Part shown: in pieces, positions 23,901 through 37,478 of the stretch | Numbering within the stretch: position 1 is the stretch's first letter | How the letters are laid out: every line of letters begins with the position of its first letter | NCBI RefSeq assembly: GCF_964355755.1 | Contig: NC_092673.1 | Coordinates: 20,705,648-20,769,647 of the forward strand | Length of the DNA stretch: 64,000 nucleotides | Source: Antedon mediterranea | Taxonomy: Eukaryota > Animalia > Echinodermata | Direction of reading: 5' to 3' | Notes under the pieces: generated by a model | Databases searched by the model: none | What the model was told of the DNA's origin: nothing | Seen by the model: the letters and a program-made list of their open reading frames with translations, nothing else | Made by a program: the position numbers and the translations under genes

Positions 23901-26900
23901 CGTCACTGTTATGTTTTTACGCGGCTACGTGCATATCTATTGCTCCATGTGAAAACAAACCATTCATGTTCGATTCGATTTTCCGGCACCAGACGAGAAC
24001 AGATGTTAACGACCCTTAAGTAATGGTCAAGTAATCAAGCATTTTAAGGCAGAGTTACCACAACCATAGCCATAAAATCGTTACTGGTTAAAGGCTCTCC
24101 TTAACCATACTGCTGGTAGTAAATCAAGTCTTTCAAATAACAAACTTATAACTGGTCGTTCCATGTGAACGTAATTCTAAAGAATCCAGTGCATATTTTG
24201 GAAGAGTAGAGTTCAGCCTCTTTTAATTGTGGACATACATACAAATAAGCATCATTTGGTGACAGCTAAAAGACACACAGGCTGATATAAGATATATAGG
24301 GAGGTAAAAGTTGTTGTCCACACACATGTGCACAATTCAACCAAATAGGCACAGTTCCTACAACATTTACATTTTTTACATTGAAATTTATGTAGGAAAA
24401 CCAGTTGTAAATTTACCCTCTCAGATTTATACCATTCAACAGATTCATCTAGTATTTCAATAGCACTATCTCTATCTTCAATATTGGTGTAAAGTGACAC
24501 CAGGAGTGATACAATACCAGGGCGATACTGATCATTACCAAGCCCTTTCAGGACGATGCAGGCCTGGTTCATCTGGCCTAGAATATAAACACACAGAAAA
24601 GAATAGGATGGAGTGTTATAAAGGTCACCTGACCCTAATACCCATTTCACCTCTACACAGCTTATTAGCTCGGTTTACACTATCAAACTTTATCTGACAA
24701 AAAAATGTCCATATATTGACACAATGATCATATCACGACCATTGGGCACATTTTTTGTCAAACTAGTTTGATAGTGTAGATAGAGCTTTACACAATACTG
24801 CCACAAATCATTTATATCTTCTTGATATCCTGCCCTCATACTTATTTTATAAATCTGAACTTGTCTTGTCTTATTTGAATTGAATTGGGCTGTGTGTTAA
24901 AAAGATGATGATGAAGGTAATCCAGACATATGAAAGTTAAAAAAAAAAATAAAACAATCTAATATTACCTTGCATCAGTAGAAGTTGAGCTGAAGTCAGT
25001 TTCACCCGACTTGAGCACTCGGGATGACTCACACTGTAGTCAGTCAAAATATCAATTGCCTTTTGAGGGCGCTTCTCACGGATTGCTAACGCCGCTTCAA
25101 TAAGGTACACAGTCTCATTATCAGGTTGGTCTTTCTTAAGAGTATTCAAAAGCTTCCTACAGTTTTCATACTGTGGAGGAAAACATGTGATACCCATGTG
25201 ATGCTGTATTAAAGAATTTTCCTATGATATTTGACATACAGTAAAACTGGTAATCTGGCACATGTGAAATATAGTTTTTACCCTATTAGGATCGATTTGA
25301 TAGAAAAATTACAATGCATAGAAGAAAGATCACAACAGTTTTTATGCTAACCATTATACATATCTATTGGTAGCTTAAACAGCAAAAAGCTATATATACA
25401 TAAAACAAATTTTGGTAGGCTTCCTACGGTACCTTCTTCAGTGAGTTCAATTAATAGTACAAATATATACCAGATTGACACATACAAGAATATAGTAATG
25501 AATAAACATCAACAAAGTTAAATTGTGATCTTTCTTTGAAGCAATACAGTTGTTAAAACTACATCCAACCTCTATTCAAAGGACACCTTTATTAGGGGAT
25601 ACTTAGTTGGGTTCTGAAGGCAGAGGTCTCAAGTTCCCTGAAATTTGCTGTTTATCCAGTTTTCCCTGGTTTTTATTGCAGATCCCTGCCTCCCCGAAAA
25701 TTGTTATTTCCCCCAAAAATGTAGGCTAGCTATGCCTAGCCTAGAGATTTGTCATCTAAGAGAACATTTTCCCTTTGTTTATTACACTGAACATAGGTAG
25801 CTAAGCAGGCCTAGGCAATTTGGTATTGGATATCCCAGATGATGTATGTTCAAGATTTGTTGTATAACGTATTATTAGCATATATAGCACCCTCTATATA
25901 ATTTTTAATTATTATAGCACGCCCTCTATTAATAAAAAATTGTGTTTTTTCAACTTGGGATCTCTGTGAAGGTGTCCCCTTAATAGGGGTTCCCTATTCA
26001 GTTTAGTTACCTGATTGCTGTAGAGTTGCAGTAAAGCAGTGTTGAATTTCATACACAACTTTTGTACAGCAGTTAGTTTCTTGTCCAATCCTTGAGCTGT
26101 CGTTGCTTTCACCTTTTTCTTTGAATCAAATACATTTTGATCCTGTACAAGAAAAACCCACAAATATATGACGGTATAGTTCATTTTAAATACTCTATTT
26201 ATTCGAATAAACACCCGGGCATTTATTGTTCAGGAGGATTTTTCGGTGGTGTTTATTCAAGGAAGACATTTGTTGTTTTTTTTGGGTGTAATATGGTAAC
26301 ATGTATAATAAAATAAATTCCTCCTAGATATGAAAAAATATGACGCAATTAATATCAAGAAGTGATAAAATACAGTAAAACAAATGCTTGGTAAATTGTG
26401 GATCATGGCAATCAATAAATTCTACTTCAAATAGAAATGTATCGTAGTATTGTGTATTTATGCATGTGGCAGGGGTTTATTTGAGGAAATAAATAAATAC
26501 CAATAAATTATTCCAAATGATTCTCCATGGAGGGAGGGGGGGGGGGGTTATTCAAAGATGAGCATTTATTCAAATAAATAGGGTAAACTAAACATATATT
26601 AGTTAAAATGAAGTGGGTCTATAATTACTTTGTAAAGAGGAAAATGGAGAAATAAGAGTAGTATAGAAAATTATCAGAATTGTGGCCATAGCCATACCAT
26701 TTTCATTCAATCAAACCGTTTGGTTAATTTAATACCTGTAATATTTCTTAATGTTATTCATTTCATATAAAAAATTAATAGAAAAATATTAAATGACCAA
26801 CCTTATTCAAACTTATAATATTGTTGGATGCCACGGCAAAAAGGCCAATATCAGATGGTCTAAAAGAAAACAATTATTTATAAAACTGTAAGTATACATA

Positions 26901-29900
26901 CCTGGCCTAAATCGGCTACTCTTTGCAATTGTAAATTCATTTTCATTTCAATCGTAAAGGTGAGTCGAGTCCAGTGTTCATTCTGTAGGGAATGGGCTGT
27001 TAGGAGCTCATTGTACTAAGCCTCAGAATTATGATAGGGTAGCTAGTTTCTTTCCACGCTGCCTTATCCTCCCTTGTATTTTCAATCAGGCACCCATTTT
27101 TACAGCCGAGTGGACTGGGAGCAATTGTAAATTAATTTTTCATTAGGCAAGATGCTTTACTCTCATTGCCTCATCCTTCGAATGGGACGTAAAGCCGTAG
27201 GCCCCATGTACATATAGTGCATGTAAAAGAACTAGGTACACTATTCAAAAAGAGTAGGGGATCATTTCCCGGTGTGCTGATCTGGTAGGCAATGCACTGC
27301 ATTGCTGGCTGCTGTGGGTTCGTAGAGGGCCTAATCAGAATTTTCTTAGTTTCCAGTTAAGCTTGAGGACCAGAATAAAAACATTTACCTAAACCAAACA
27401 CTCTAGAGGGCTCACTCTTGATTTTCAATTTACTGATACTTTTTTTACATTTTGAAATGGTTTGACTTTTTAGTTGTATTAATTTGAGCGAATTTCTCTT
27501 TCCTAAATTATTTCATTACAATTTGTGTTACCTAGATTTGACAACTTGATTGTAGAGTTTCAAAGCTTCTTCGTTCTTTCCCGTCAACTGTAAAATGTAA
27601 CCACGCTGAACACGTATAACACCGAGTTCTTCTTCCATTTCTTCCTCAGTCATATCCTAAATCAAAAATATAAATTCACATCCAATAGATTCAATAATTG
27701 TTATGGTCAGTTATGAATAAAATATGCAAGGGCTTTGTAAAAAGAAAGGGAAAGTTTTAGATATGAATTTTTTTATGTTTTTTTTTTAATATTTGCAAAT
27801 ATGACTAAACTTAAGTATATTTACTGTTAAAATATTGAATCAAAATAATCAGCAATAATTTAAAACAATAGTGTTATTGGACTGACAATAGGGAGCTTTT
27901 GACTGACAACCAATCTAAAGCCTTGTCTACACTATCAAACTTTATTTGACAAAAAAACGTGATGTGCCTATATATAGACATGATGATGTCATATCACTAC
28001 CATAGTTGGTCATGTCACTACCATATTTGGGAACATCAAACTAGTTTGATAGTGTAGACAGAGCTTAACTGATGTTATTACATTGTGCGCATGCCGTAAT
28101 ATTTGGATGAAGGTTGATAAAGGTTTGGGTGTTTCTAAGTCCAGACGATGACCGGCGACACATCAATTGACCTGACCTAGGTCGGTCAGATTGTCAGTCC
28201 TCATTTGTCACAAAAAAGTCAAAAGCTTCCTAATAAATAACTAAATACACTTTTTCTAATGCCATTTTTACCTCTGTATCTTCCAACATCTCTTTACACA
28301 ATTCCTCAGCCGTGTCTAATTTCTCCAGTGCTTCCTTATACTTGCACTGACCAATCAACTGACATGCTTTGTTGTAACAAAGTTCAAAGGTGTCCTCTCT
28401 TAGTCCTGGGTCATTCTAAAAAACAGAGAATCATTCTTAATATGCAAAATAATTCAGTTAAGAGCAGAGTTCTAAACTTGCTATATTAAGGATTTTAATA
28501 TTTGAGTAAACGTGAACGAAGTCCACATACACATGCTTTTTCTTATCGCCGTTTATTGTTCAGGTGGGTTTTAGAGGGGCATTTATTTGAGGAGGGGAAA
28601 ATGCTTGGTAAATTGTAGATCATCTCAATGAATTCTTCTACAAATAGAAATGTATTGTAATACAGTATTGTGTATATATGAATGTGGTGGGACGTTTAAT
28701 TGAGGAAATAAATAAAGGCCTTGAGGTGCTTATTCAAGGTGGGCACTTATTCGAGGGAGTGCTTCTTTAAAATGATATCTATTGGGGGAGTTTATATTCG
28801 AGGGAGGCATTTATTCAAAGCGGCGTTTTTTTAAATAAATATGTTAAGTTAACAGTGATGAAAAAATGAACAATGTTGTGGTAAAGTTCTAATTTCTTAC
28901 CACATCTTGTTTGTCCCACAGTTGTAGTGCAGCTATTACTGCCGACAGGTTAGTCTCTCGTTCTTCATCATAATCATCCTGAAATAAGATAAAAAAAAAA
29001 GGTTAACAAGTTCATCGGAGTTTAGAGAAAAACAACTGGATAGAAAGCCATTAAATCTTTTGATGGAATGACAAATATTAAAGACCCCTTCCCTGCAATT
29101 TTGGACGTTTTTTGGAAAATAATACATATATATCACTTTAAAAACATTAAACCATGTCATTCCTTGTCTTAAATGTACGTTTTATGGTAAATTATGATAA
29201 AAAGTGAGAAACAATGCCCTAAGTAGCTCGCGGCGATCGACCTCTCGTGGACGGTCTTAGGCCTAGCCTAGCTAGGCTTAGTTTTGTAGGCCTTGCTGGT
29301 AAACATCGATAACGTACAAACATCGTACGCTAGCTATATACCTAGCCTGACGTTGTATAGTTGCTGCATTAATTGTCTTTCTATTTTTGCCAGACTCCAT
29401 TGATACAAATTGGGGAAAACCCGGTATTTTTGCTGAAAAGTTCCATTCCATTCCATTTGTTTTGGCTTCACGATCGATCGAAAAGTGGGCGAATTACAGG
29501 TGAAAAACAAAAATATCAATCCGTGCGCAATGCATTTTGGGATTTATAGCGGGCCGCTATAATTATTAGAATCAATTTATTTTTCACATTTTTAACCGTT
29601 TAAAGACGAAAAAAGTTATCGCAATAGGACCATATAGTATTATTTTTACATTAAATATAGTTTGTGATCTTAAATTAGATCTAAAAAACGTAGGGAATGG
29701 GGCTTTAAGCTCTGTCTACACTATCAAAAAAATAAGTGTGATGTGCCCAAATATGGTAGTGATATACCCAAATATGGTAGTGATATGACATCATCAAATC
29801 CATATACTGTATGGGTGCATCACATATTTTTATCACATAAAGCAGGGTTGTAGCTAAGAATTGTTGAGGGTGGAAAAAAAAATTTTGAGGGTGGTTTTTT

Positions 29901-32900
29901 ACTAAGCTTGCGAGCGAAGCGAGGAACTGGCCCTTGGCGGCCAGGGGGCCGCCAAGGGCCCCCGGTCGGGGTTCAGGGGCGGAAGGCCCCTGAAAAAATT
30001 TGCTATATTGACCTTTATAAGACTCATTTTAATGATGGTTTATATGTGTAATTTTTTACATTTTTTTTTATTAATAATATTATCATTGTTCAGGTGAATG
30101 ATTTTAATAAACTTTTACCATGGACGTAATTATACGTACCTCCCGGTTTATACCTCCATGCTTTGACAGTGTAAGTGTAGGCCTACCATTTGGACCTAAA
30201 CATAACTGCCTTTGTGGTTACCTTGCCCCTGAAGAACGCCTAGGCCTAGCTAGCTTGCATGAATTAAATAAATTTGTTCGATTTAGCCGAGAATATTTTT
30301 TCAAGATAAAAACCTCTTATTGATATTCATGCCACACAACAACCACGTAGAAAAACATCACGATGTACTTACATGAACGAACGTACATTTCGCCAGGTCT
30401 GCGGCCTGGGCGATGAATGATCTAGGCTATCATCCGAGCCATACTACAGTATACTCGCGCTAATGATGTAATTCACAAAATAAAAAATAATAACAGTACA
30501 AGATATATAGTATGTTTCAATTCAATGTTTTTTTAATAAATACACGTAGTCGGGAAGTTACTCCACAAAGCAGTCGGCGTGGAACGGTTGATTAGCCTAC
30601 AGTTTAATTCGCCGGTTTTTTTAAATATTCTCCATGATTCATTCATACAGAGGAGATAAGAAAATCGCGCACAGCATGCAAAGCTAGCAAGCTGCATGCT
30701 AGGTTGTGATGTTCACTCAAGTGGAACTTGAGCGTACCGTCCAATCAGCATTAAGTACATGACAGTTCTGCTTGGTTGATTTTCAACAAAGCTGTGTGTT
30801 TTGTGCTAGGCTAGCTGCATTGTGCGATGTGAGCTTGTGTTAGCTAGAATATGCCCGATATTTCGCGGAAAAAAAAGGAATTTAGGGTGGGCGGACAGGT
30901 ACGTCTGACGCTGGGCGGAAGGCCTTAAAATTAGCTTTAGACTGGGCGGGAGGCTTTTAGGCAGGGCGGCCCCGCCCGGCTCCGCCCTGCACAATTACAT
31001 CCCTGATAAAGTTTGATAGTGTAGACAGGAGATTTAGGTTACATTACAATTTTGTTCTCTCTTGCAAGCAAAATTCTAGTCAAACTTACAGATGTGTTCT
31101 TAATGAGACTTCTATAGACCACCAAGCATTCATCATAACGTTCCAATCGGTAAAGCTAAAAAGAAAAAAAAAATGTTTACCATCAATATGTTGTTATGCA
31201 CTTGTCAATTGTATGACCCACTATACGACCCCCCGGAGAGGTGCGTCATTTGTCCGATGTGCGTCATACTTTTGAATACCATGACGCACCCGTGCGTCAA
31301 AAAGGTGACTTACCTTTAGGTGACCATGACGCACCCATTTTGACGCACTGTGACCATGTTGTTTATGATATGGTGGGTGGTAAAGTGACGGACATTGACA
31401 TACCTTGTTCATTGATGTGACGTACCATCTAGGTTTTTTGACGCACCCCTGCGTCAGTAATTATTTGTAAATGACGCACCCATGACGCACCTCTCCCGGG
31501 GGTCGTATAGTGGGTCATACAATTGACAAGTGCATTACATCTTGATATAATAGGGAATGTTAGGTTTGAGTGAACGTGCACGACGTCCACATTGGTTGTA
31601 GGCAACCGTTACTCGTCGACAGATATATAAACGTTTAGATTAAGTGGACAATTAAGTTGAACTGCCAGTGAACGTATGACGTAATGACCTTGGGATCTGA
31701 CCTTGTAATCTAGTAATCTAGTATGTAGTGCCTCCTGAGCCGGTGGTAGTACACAGGTTTAGGCCAGGCTATGTGTGTAGCTTAGGAATAGCCTAGATCC
31801 TTAAATTTATGAATGTGAAGGCTGGCATCCTAGTGATAATACCAAGGCCATAACTAAATAAACGTGTAGTATTAAAACCAATACAATTCTATGATTCACA
31901 GTTTGTAATATAATTTAACTGAAATGTTTTTTTTTAAATTCTAAGAAAATCATCGTGAGATCATTCTCTGCCATGATTTTGGTAAACTTTTGAAGTGCTG
32001 CTGACATCATACATCCACTCGTACTGCAAAATACCACACAACAAGTTCTCAAATTCACCATCATAGAGTATCATTCGGTATAATGGACGGTACCATACCG
32101 GAGGGCATTTCAAATATGTAATCAAACCCCAGGACAATTTTGCATCACAAACATTTTACACAAACATTATAATAATATACATCTTGTATTGTTAAAACAA
32201 AGTTTAATCATGTGATACTAGAATAAATTACACATTAGGGGCTAAAGAATACAATCAATTAGCTTACAACTTGTCCTAAGAGCTCCTTTAGCTTTGGACC
32301 TGGGTCCTTCACATTTTCAATCACTTTTAGAGCTTCTTCTATCTTGTTGAGTCGATAAAGGCAGTAGGATTTCTCAAAATCCAACCCACTAATAAAAAAA
32401 CACAAAAGTTCATTAGTTTTAAAAATAAACAAAAAATGGAAAGGGTAAAAGAGTACAGGTCCAAGATTTTAAAATAGGGGGGGGGGTGGCCAGGGACTAC
32501 AACAAGAGCAGTGCATTAGAATTAGATACAGTAGTACATTAGTCACTCAATCAGAGGGCCTACTTTTCGCCATTATAATTGAAAAGCATGTTTAACACAC
32601 TAGAATAGATGTTTTACTTACCTGGAAAGATCAGAGTTTGCTTTGATCTCCTTTAATGCCAGGTCAAACTGTGACTCTTGTATAAGGCAGACAATCTTAC
32701 AATGAAAAGCTGTACTCTCATTCGGGAAATTTTTTAAAACTGAAAAAATAGGCAGAAATTGCAATGACTGTGTTTATTATTTGAGGCAGTAGGCCTAGCT
32801 AGGTGGCTTACAATTGAATTGCGTTTGGTGACCACCAATGTGACATGGTTGTTGCTGGTCATGTTTTATTTTGGTCGCGATAAAATTAAATTCTGCTTGC

Positions 32901-34591
32901 TAAATTTTCGCAAAATTGTCTAAATAATCACCTTTTATTACTCACCAACACCTAGAGAGGGATTCTTTTCTTTTTAGTTAAGTACATTTTGGATGGCAAC
33001 TCAACTCATTCAACCAAAATAAAATATGACATTTTTCAAATGTGAGAAAATGGAAATCTATAGCACCACTAGTGTAAAACCAAATAAAAAGCAACTAAAC
33101 TTTTAAACGCAACATTATTATATAGGCCTAGGGCCTATCACCATTCATAACCAAACACTAGTGTGTAGGCCTAGTAAGTAGTAGAAAGCCTACTACCTAC
33201 TAGGCTCTAGTTAGCTAGGCTAGCAAATTAGCTCTACCAGTAATAATACTAATAGTAATACTGTAATTAATACTACTACTCTAGGCCTAGGCCTAGTTAG
33301 GCCTTATCTAATTTAATTAATTAGCCTAGGCCTTATAGGTAGGCTTGTAGTAATTATTTATTTAGCCTAGCTATAAGGCCTAGAGAGGCCCTATATGGCT
33401 GCTGTTTTTTAGCAAAACAATAACATCCGAAGTTTAGTGAGGGACTCGTCTTTCTATTAACAAAGAGGTCTGCAATGTTTAATAGCTTGTTGTTAGATAG
33501 CAAGATAGGGGATATGACCGGTTGGGCCGCCGACAAGTTGAGCCGCCGGTAATTTCTATGAAACGGCCAGTGCGTCTTTTACGACATTTCGCGTAGTGAT
33601 AGAGTGGTGTCCTAGTAGGCCCTACATAAGTTCATGGTCTTTAGGTTTATTGTGTCATGAAAATAAATAATAATTACATACTACAATTTTGTTGGTTTGA
33701 AACAGCAAAGGAAAGTAGTCATATTTAATAATTTAATTGTTTTTAATCTTTCAAGGTAAAAATGCAGTGCACTCCATAATATTTTTCTCGCGTGTATGCC
33801 TACCACGTAAAATCACGTTGTCTCTCAGTCTCAGGACTAAAAGAGTATTGTCAATTGATATTCTTCGAATGAGGTTAAATAATTATTATTTTTTATTTAC
33901 TATCTTTTAATATCATATTTTATTGAATTTTACAATGTTAATACACAAAATATTTTACTAAAAAACGGTGATTTTATGCAATTATTTTACTTCAACTGCC
34001 GCCCGAGAGGGCAACATGTTTACGTCATTTTTGGCTAAAAACGATCATTTTCGGTCATGTTTTAGGCCTTATATTTTGGAATCTACAAGTCAGATATTCA
34101 TAATTATTTCTCTTTAATTATAATATTTAATAATATATACTAAAAACCATGATATATAAACTTTGGAATATACATCGTTATATCTAATAATTAATATAAA
34201 TAGAACTTCTATTAAATAGAAACGAGCACCGGCGAAAGTAAGCATTTGGCGTTTCATAGAAAATAACGTTTTTCTGGCGGCGCCTCAACTTGTCGGCGCC
34301 TCAACTTGGCATCCCAAGATAGGCATTGTCTTCGTTCGTTAGGCAGGCGCAGCAGGCACCTCTCAAGTCGTACACGACGTAGGGCCTACGCCGTCGTGGA
34401 TCGGCCTCGACCATGTTTCTCATACAATGAAAAAATATATAAAATCAGTAAGTAAAATTAAATTCAAATATCATAAGTAAGTCTTTACTTTTATTCGTAG
34501 TCTTTAGTGCTCTTGAGAAATCCCCATTTTGGTTACATTTGTTGAGTTCACTGTACAGCTGCTGCAAGGTTGGGCCACCGGAGGCTGCCAT
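14105..34591 (-). CDS. SRP72: Signal recognition particle subunit SRP72, 16 exons, 650 aa
   Basis: Exons 34591-34489, 32739-32622, 32388-32268, 31155-31090, 28978-28901, 28415-28272, 27656-27532, 26859-26802, 26142-26011, 25170-24969, 24577-24417, 23773-23670, 23412-23335, 22652-22492, 21142-20992, 14255-14105; phase-consistent, 1953 nt. Diagnostic peptides: QNGDFSRALKT, LYRLERYDECL, DDYDEERETNLSAV, DQNVFDSKKKVK, VDVEALE, KLPKNYDPQVEPDPERWLP, GKGTQGA and C-terminal KGKGGW. Confidence 0.96.
14370..14841. mobile_element. TTAA-flanked non-autonomous DNA transposon (Kolobok-like; TIR AGRTGTATTGTCCC)
   Basis: TTAAAGATGTATTGTCCC...GGGACAATACACCTTTAA; related termini at 23601 and 45191-45486. Confidence 0.75.
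15129..17145. repeat. 88-bp tandem repeat, about 23 copies, in SRP72 intron 15
   Basis: Unit TAAGAATGTAACACACATCCCAGGCCACAGCTTGGAGGACCAAACATATGCAGGGCAAAACAAGACAACAAATACAAAACAACTAAAC; highly homogeneous. Confidence 0.97.
17328..18030 (+). mobile_element. Non-autonomous Helentron (HINE/DINE-1-like) element
   Basis: Subterminal inverted repeat TACCTCCGCC/GGCGGAGGTA, (GTTT)n microsatellite near the 5' end, 3' hairpin then CTAGTTTT, inserted in a T-run. Confidence 0.75.
18232..18386. mobile_element. Harbinger-like MITE (about 150 bp)
   Basis: TIRs CTCTGTCTACACTATCAA / TTGATAGTGTAGACAGAGCT with TWA flanks; at least 9 family members in the window. Confidence 0.85.
19712..20649 (-). mobile_element. 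Penelope-like retroelement fragment (RT C-terminus and GIY-YIG endonuclease), frameshifted, in SRP72 intron 15
   Basis: TDLFRKPTDKNMYLLPSSCHP, IPYSQALRIRRICS, PLVTTYHP, NVIYLIYCNICGKQYVGET; near-identical to 46477-47433. Confidence 0.93.
22653..23334 (-). other. U12-type (minor spliceosome) GT-AG intron 13 of SRP72
   Basis: 5' splice site GTATCCTTT; the 3' end lacks a polypyrimidine tract and has CTTAA branch-like motifs 11-25 nt upstream of the AG. Confidence 0.85.
24667..24787. mobile_element. Harbinger-like MITE copy
   Basis: Same TIR family as 18232-18386. Confidence 0.8.
26190..26585. mobile_element. Tc1/mariner-like MITE (TA-flanked)
   Basis: TIRs TACTCTATTTATTCGAATAAAC / CATTTATTCAAATAAATAGGGTA; related copy at about 28545-28842. 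Confidence 0.6.
26953..27368. mobile_element. Two head-to-head 5'-truncated SINEs (26953-27122 minus; 27143-27368 plus)
   Basis: They match 13405-13570 and, in reverse complement, 10620-10840 respectively. Confidence 0.75.
27919..28065. mobile_element. Harbinger-like MITE copy
   Basis: Same TIR family; TAA flanks. Confidence 0.85.
29078..29708. mobile_element. TTAA-flanked non-autonomous DNA transposon (TIR AGMCCCMTTCCCT)
   Basis: TTAAAGACCCCTTCCCT...AGGGAATGGGGCTTTAA; internal sequence also present at about 22810-23305 inside the U12 intron. Confidence 0.8.
29708..31029. mobile_element. Harbinger-like MITE split by a nested insertion
   Basis: Left part 29708-29842 and right part 31006-31029 rejoin into the family consensus. 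Confidence 0.8.
29843..31005. mobile_element. hAT-like non-autonomous element (CAGGG...CCCTG) with 6-bp TSD ATAAAG
   Basis: TIRs CAGGGTTGTAGCT / AATTACATCCCTG; GC-rich subterminal regions; ATAAAG at 29837-29842 and 31006-31011. Confidence 0.8.
31197..31534. mobile_element. PIF/Harbinger-like MITE with about 50-bp near-perfect TIRs and TTA TSD
   Basis: TGCACTTGTCAATTGTATGACCCACTATACGACCCCCGG... and its reverse complement; internal TGACGCAC repeats. Confidence 0.88.
33510..34314. mobile_element. Non-autonomous Mutator-like element in SRP72 intron 1
   Basis: Termini GGAT...ATCC, subterminal CGCCGACAAGTTGAG repeats inverted at the two ends, 9-bp TSD CAAGATAGG. Confidence 0.8.
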
Positions 34592-37092
34592 TTTTGTTTA
34601 CGCGATTGTCTGAAATCAAGATTATAGAGGTCGCTCTAACAAATGTGTAAATTATAGGTTAATTTTGGTTAAACACGGCCTCTACGGTCTAGTTTGACAA
34701 AAAAAAAGGTGTGATGTGCCCAATGGTAGTGATATGTTTTTTGTCACATAGTTTGATAGTGTAGAATTTTAGAACCCAATGAAATAAAATTTTAATCTTA
34801 AAATTTAAATTAGGGAGACCAAAACGCTTAGCAGGATTATTTGAATTTACGCTATTGAATGATTATGCCTTTTGTCATATTATTACTTGATCTGTCCAGC
34901 CCAGATTTAAAATATATAATTTATCAAATAGGCTACTTTACATTCGATCTTAAGTTAATTTTTCTATTTCATGCACAATGTATAACTGTTCAGTATGCCT
35001 TTTAATATGTGGGTAGGGTGGGGTGTGGGACAATGATTTTTCATAAAACTAGACTTAACCATAAACATATTTCAATAAGTGGGGTAACGCTGAGGCCTAT
35101 GATGCCCCTGGTTTAGGAACTACAAGTTTGAGTGGGCGTTTTTAGACTTTTTTCGACATATTATTATAGTTTTTTCTCTGGACATTGCTCATACAGTGAC
35201 AATAACACTATTTGATCATACCCAGTACCGTTTGATTTTTACGATCATTTCGGAAAATCACCTCGGCGCCACCATAAGCTCCGGGGCCCCCGGGTTAGCA
35301 GTGAACGCTCATAGATGTTAGTAGTAGCAACGTAGCCAACTATCTTTAGATTGTTGTTTGAAAATAGTTCCGCTCATCAATTAACCGGAATCCACATTTC
35401 TAATCAATAACTCTTTAAAAAAAAACATTTTACCAAACAAACACCATATTAAGATAGATTAATAGACCAATATCTGCGCAATTGACGCAATTGGGTCACG
35501 ACAACATCATTTAAATTCGATGTGTGTCAACACCATGTCTTATATTGGTGACAAGTAATATCTCTTAGCGTTTATCATGATTCTTATCCCAGCTTATTTT
35601 TTGACAATTTCCAAAGCACACTTTTCAGTGCAGTGATAAGTTGCACTTGTTATCGTCCAATTCTGTCCAATGTCCGAGTTTTACTGTCCGAGTTCTGCTT
35701 CTTTCCGATTCGTCTGATAGAAACCACAAATTGATTCAATAAACAGAGTTTACTAAAAAGACAGAACAGTTAACTACAGCACACGACATACGCGCGCGTA
35801 CCAACAGTTTGTTTTGCTTCCTTAAAAACTATTAGTTTTAATTAACAATATATCTTTTATAATTATTTGTCACTCTCATAACATCATTAACAAGTATGAC
35901 AAAAAAGACCCAAATAATACTCAAAAATGTGAAATGCCTAAAATTTCCTGAAACGTGATTTAGAAAGTTTTGATTAGAAATTGATTTTGAGCATTTTTAA
36001 CTTTCAAAGCGCGCGTACGCACGATTTGACCAAGGTTCAAAATTTTGCTGACGATACAGGAAGATGACCCTTGACAAAAAGCATACGTTTGTCAAGTGGT
36101 ATTTAAAAATATCTATCATGGTTTTCAATTTATAGTCAATCTAAGAATTTCAGAAAATCGCGCGTTTTCATTAAACTAAAGTTTGTTGCACAACTACATA
36201 TACGTGCATCTGCTGGCCAAGTTACAACATAACTGCTACCACCGTTTTTAAGATCTGCTGCGAACAAAAAAATGAGCAGAAAAAATTAAATCTTTGACAA
36301 TAACAATAGGCTATCGCTCTATAGATCGCTCTAATAGTAATAAAATAAGTAAAGGTACAAGAGTAACCCCAAGTTACTATTAGTATTATTACGTTATTAT
36401 GTTACAATAGTACCAAAATATTATCGAAATCGGAAAGCAACTAATAATTAACTTATCGATTCCATTCGCCCACAAGTCAATGCAATGCCAATGGTTTACA
36501 ATCTTGCAAGAAATACTGATGATGATACTATTAATATATCAATTTCGAATTCCATGTGATATTAAGCATATTTCATAATTATGATGTTTCATCTTTCCCG
36601 GCTACAGTCATGAGATCAAGGAAGAAACACATAATTATGATGACATCAACTGGGTGTGGTCGACGAATTTGGCACTTTGGTCAATTGGTCGGCGGAGCCT
36701 AGAAATTGCATTTCACACATAAATTAACGCTAAACAGGAACATGGATGGACAAAAGTTATGGGAAATTAAATATGGACTGTTATTTTCTTTTTAATTTAT
36801 AGACGTTTTTCCTAAGATGTGGTTAAATAATTGTAATCAAAATGTGTAAGGTTATAGATATTTGCCAAATAACTTAATTTCTGTTCAGGGCTATCTGTAT
36901 TCAAGTTATAGCCTATATATTATTAGTTCAAATTTGCTTTAAGGTAATTTGATTGGTTTGGTAGTTAATAACGTAGGCCTACGACTTTTCTTAACAACAC
37001 AACAAGATATTTACGCGCGCGTAAATAAATATGTTATCAGTTTATGTACACCATTCCGTGACTCGTGATGTCCTGACCACAGACAGGAAGGA

Positions 37093-37478
37093 AGGCCCAT
37101 TTACAGTAGGGCAATAACGATTGACGATAAATAGATAAACATACATTTTTCTTGGATAAAACAAAAGAAATTAGAACAGTTTTCGTTTTAGAACTATATG
37201 ATAATCATGTATGCTGTATTTAATAAAAATAATATTTTAAAAAATCTAATCGAATGACGTCATGATCAATAAAAACAATAACATCGTTGTATTGTAACGA
37301 TATTATTGCTCTTACTAATCATGACGTCATTTGATTTGACATGTGGAAATATTATTTTCATCAAAGGCAGCATGATGGTAATCTTATAATTCTAGAATGA
37401 AAACTTTTGTTTTATTTATGAAAAATGCATATTTATTTTGTTATCGTCGATCGTTATCGGCCTAGTGTAAATAGGCCT
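37093..37478. mobile_element. Palindromic Harbinger-like MITE
   Basis: TIRs AGGCCCATTTACAGTAGG..ATAACGATTGACGATAA / TTATCGTCGATCGTTAT..CCTAGTGTAAATAGGCCT, with long internal inverted similarity. Confidence 0.7.
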
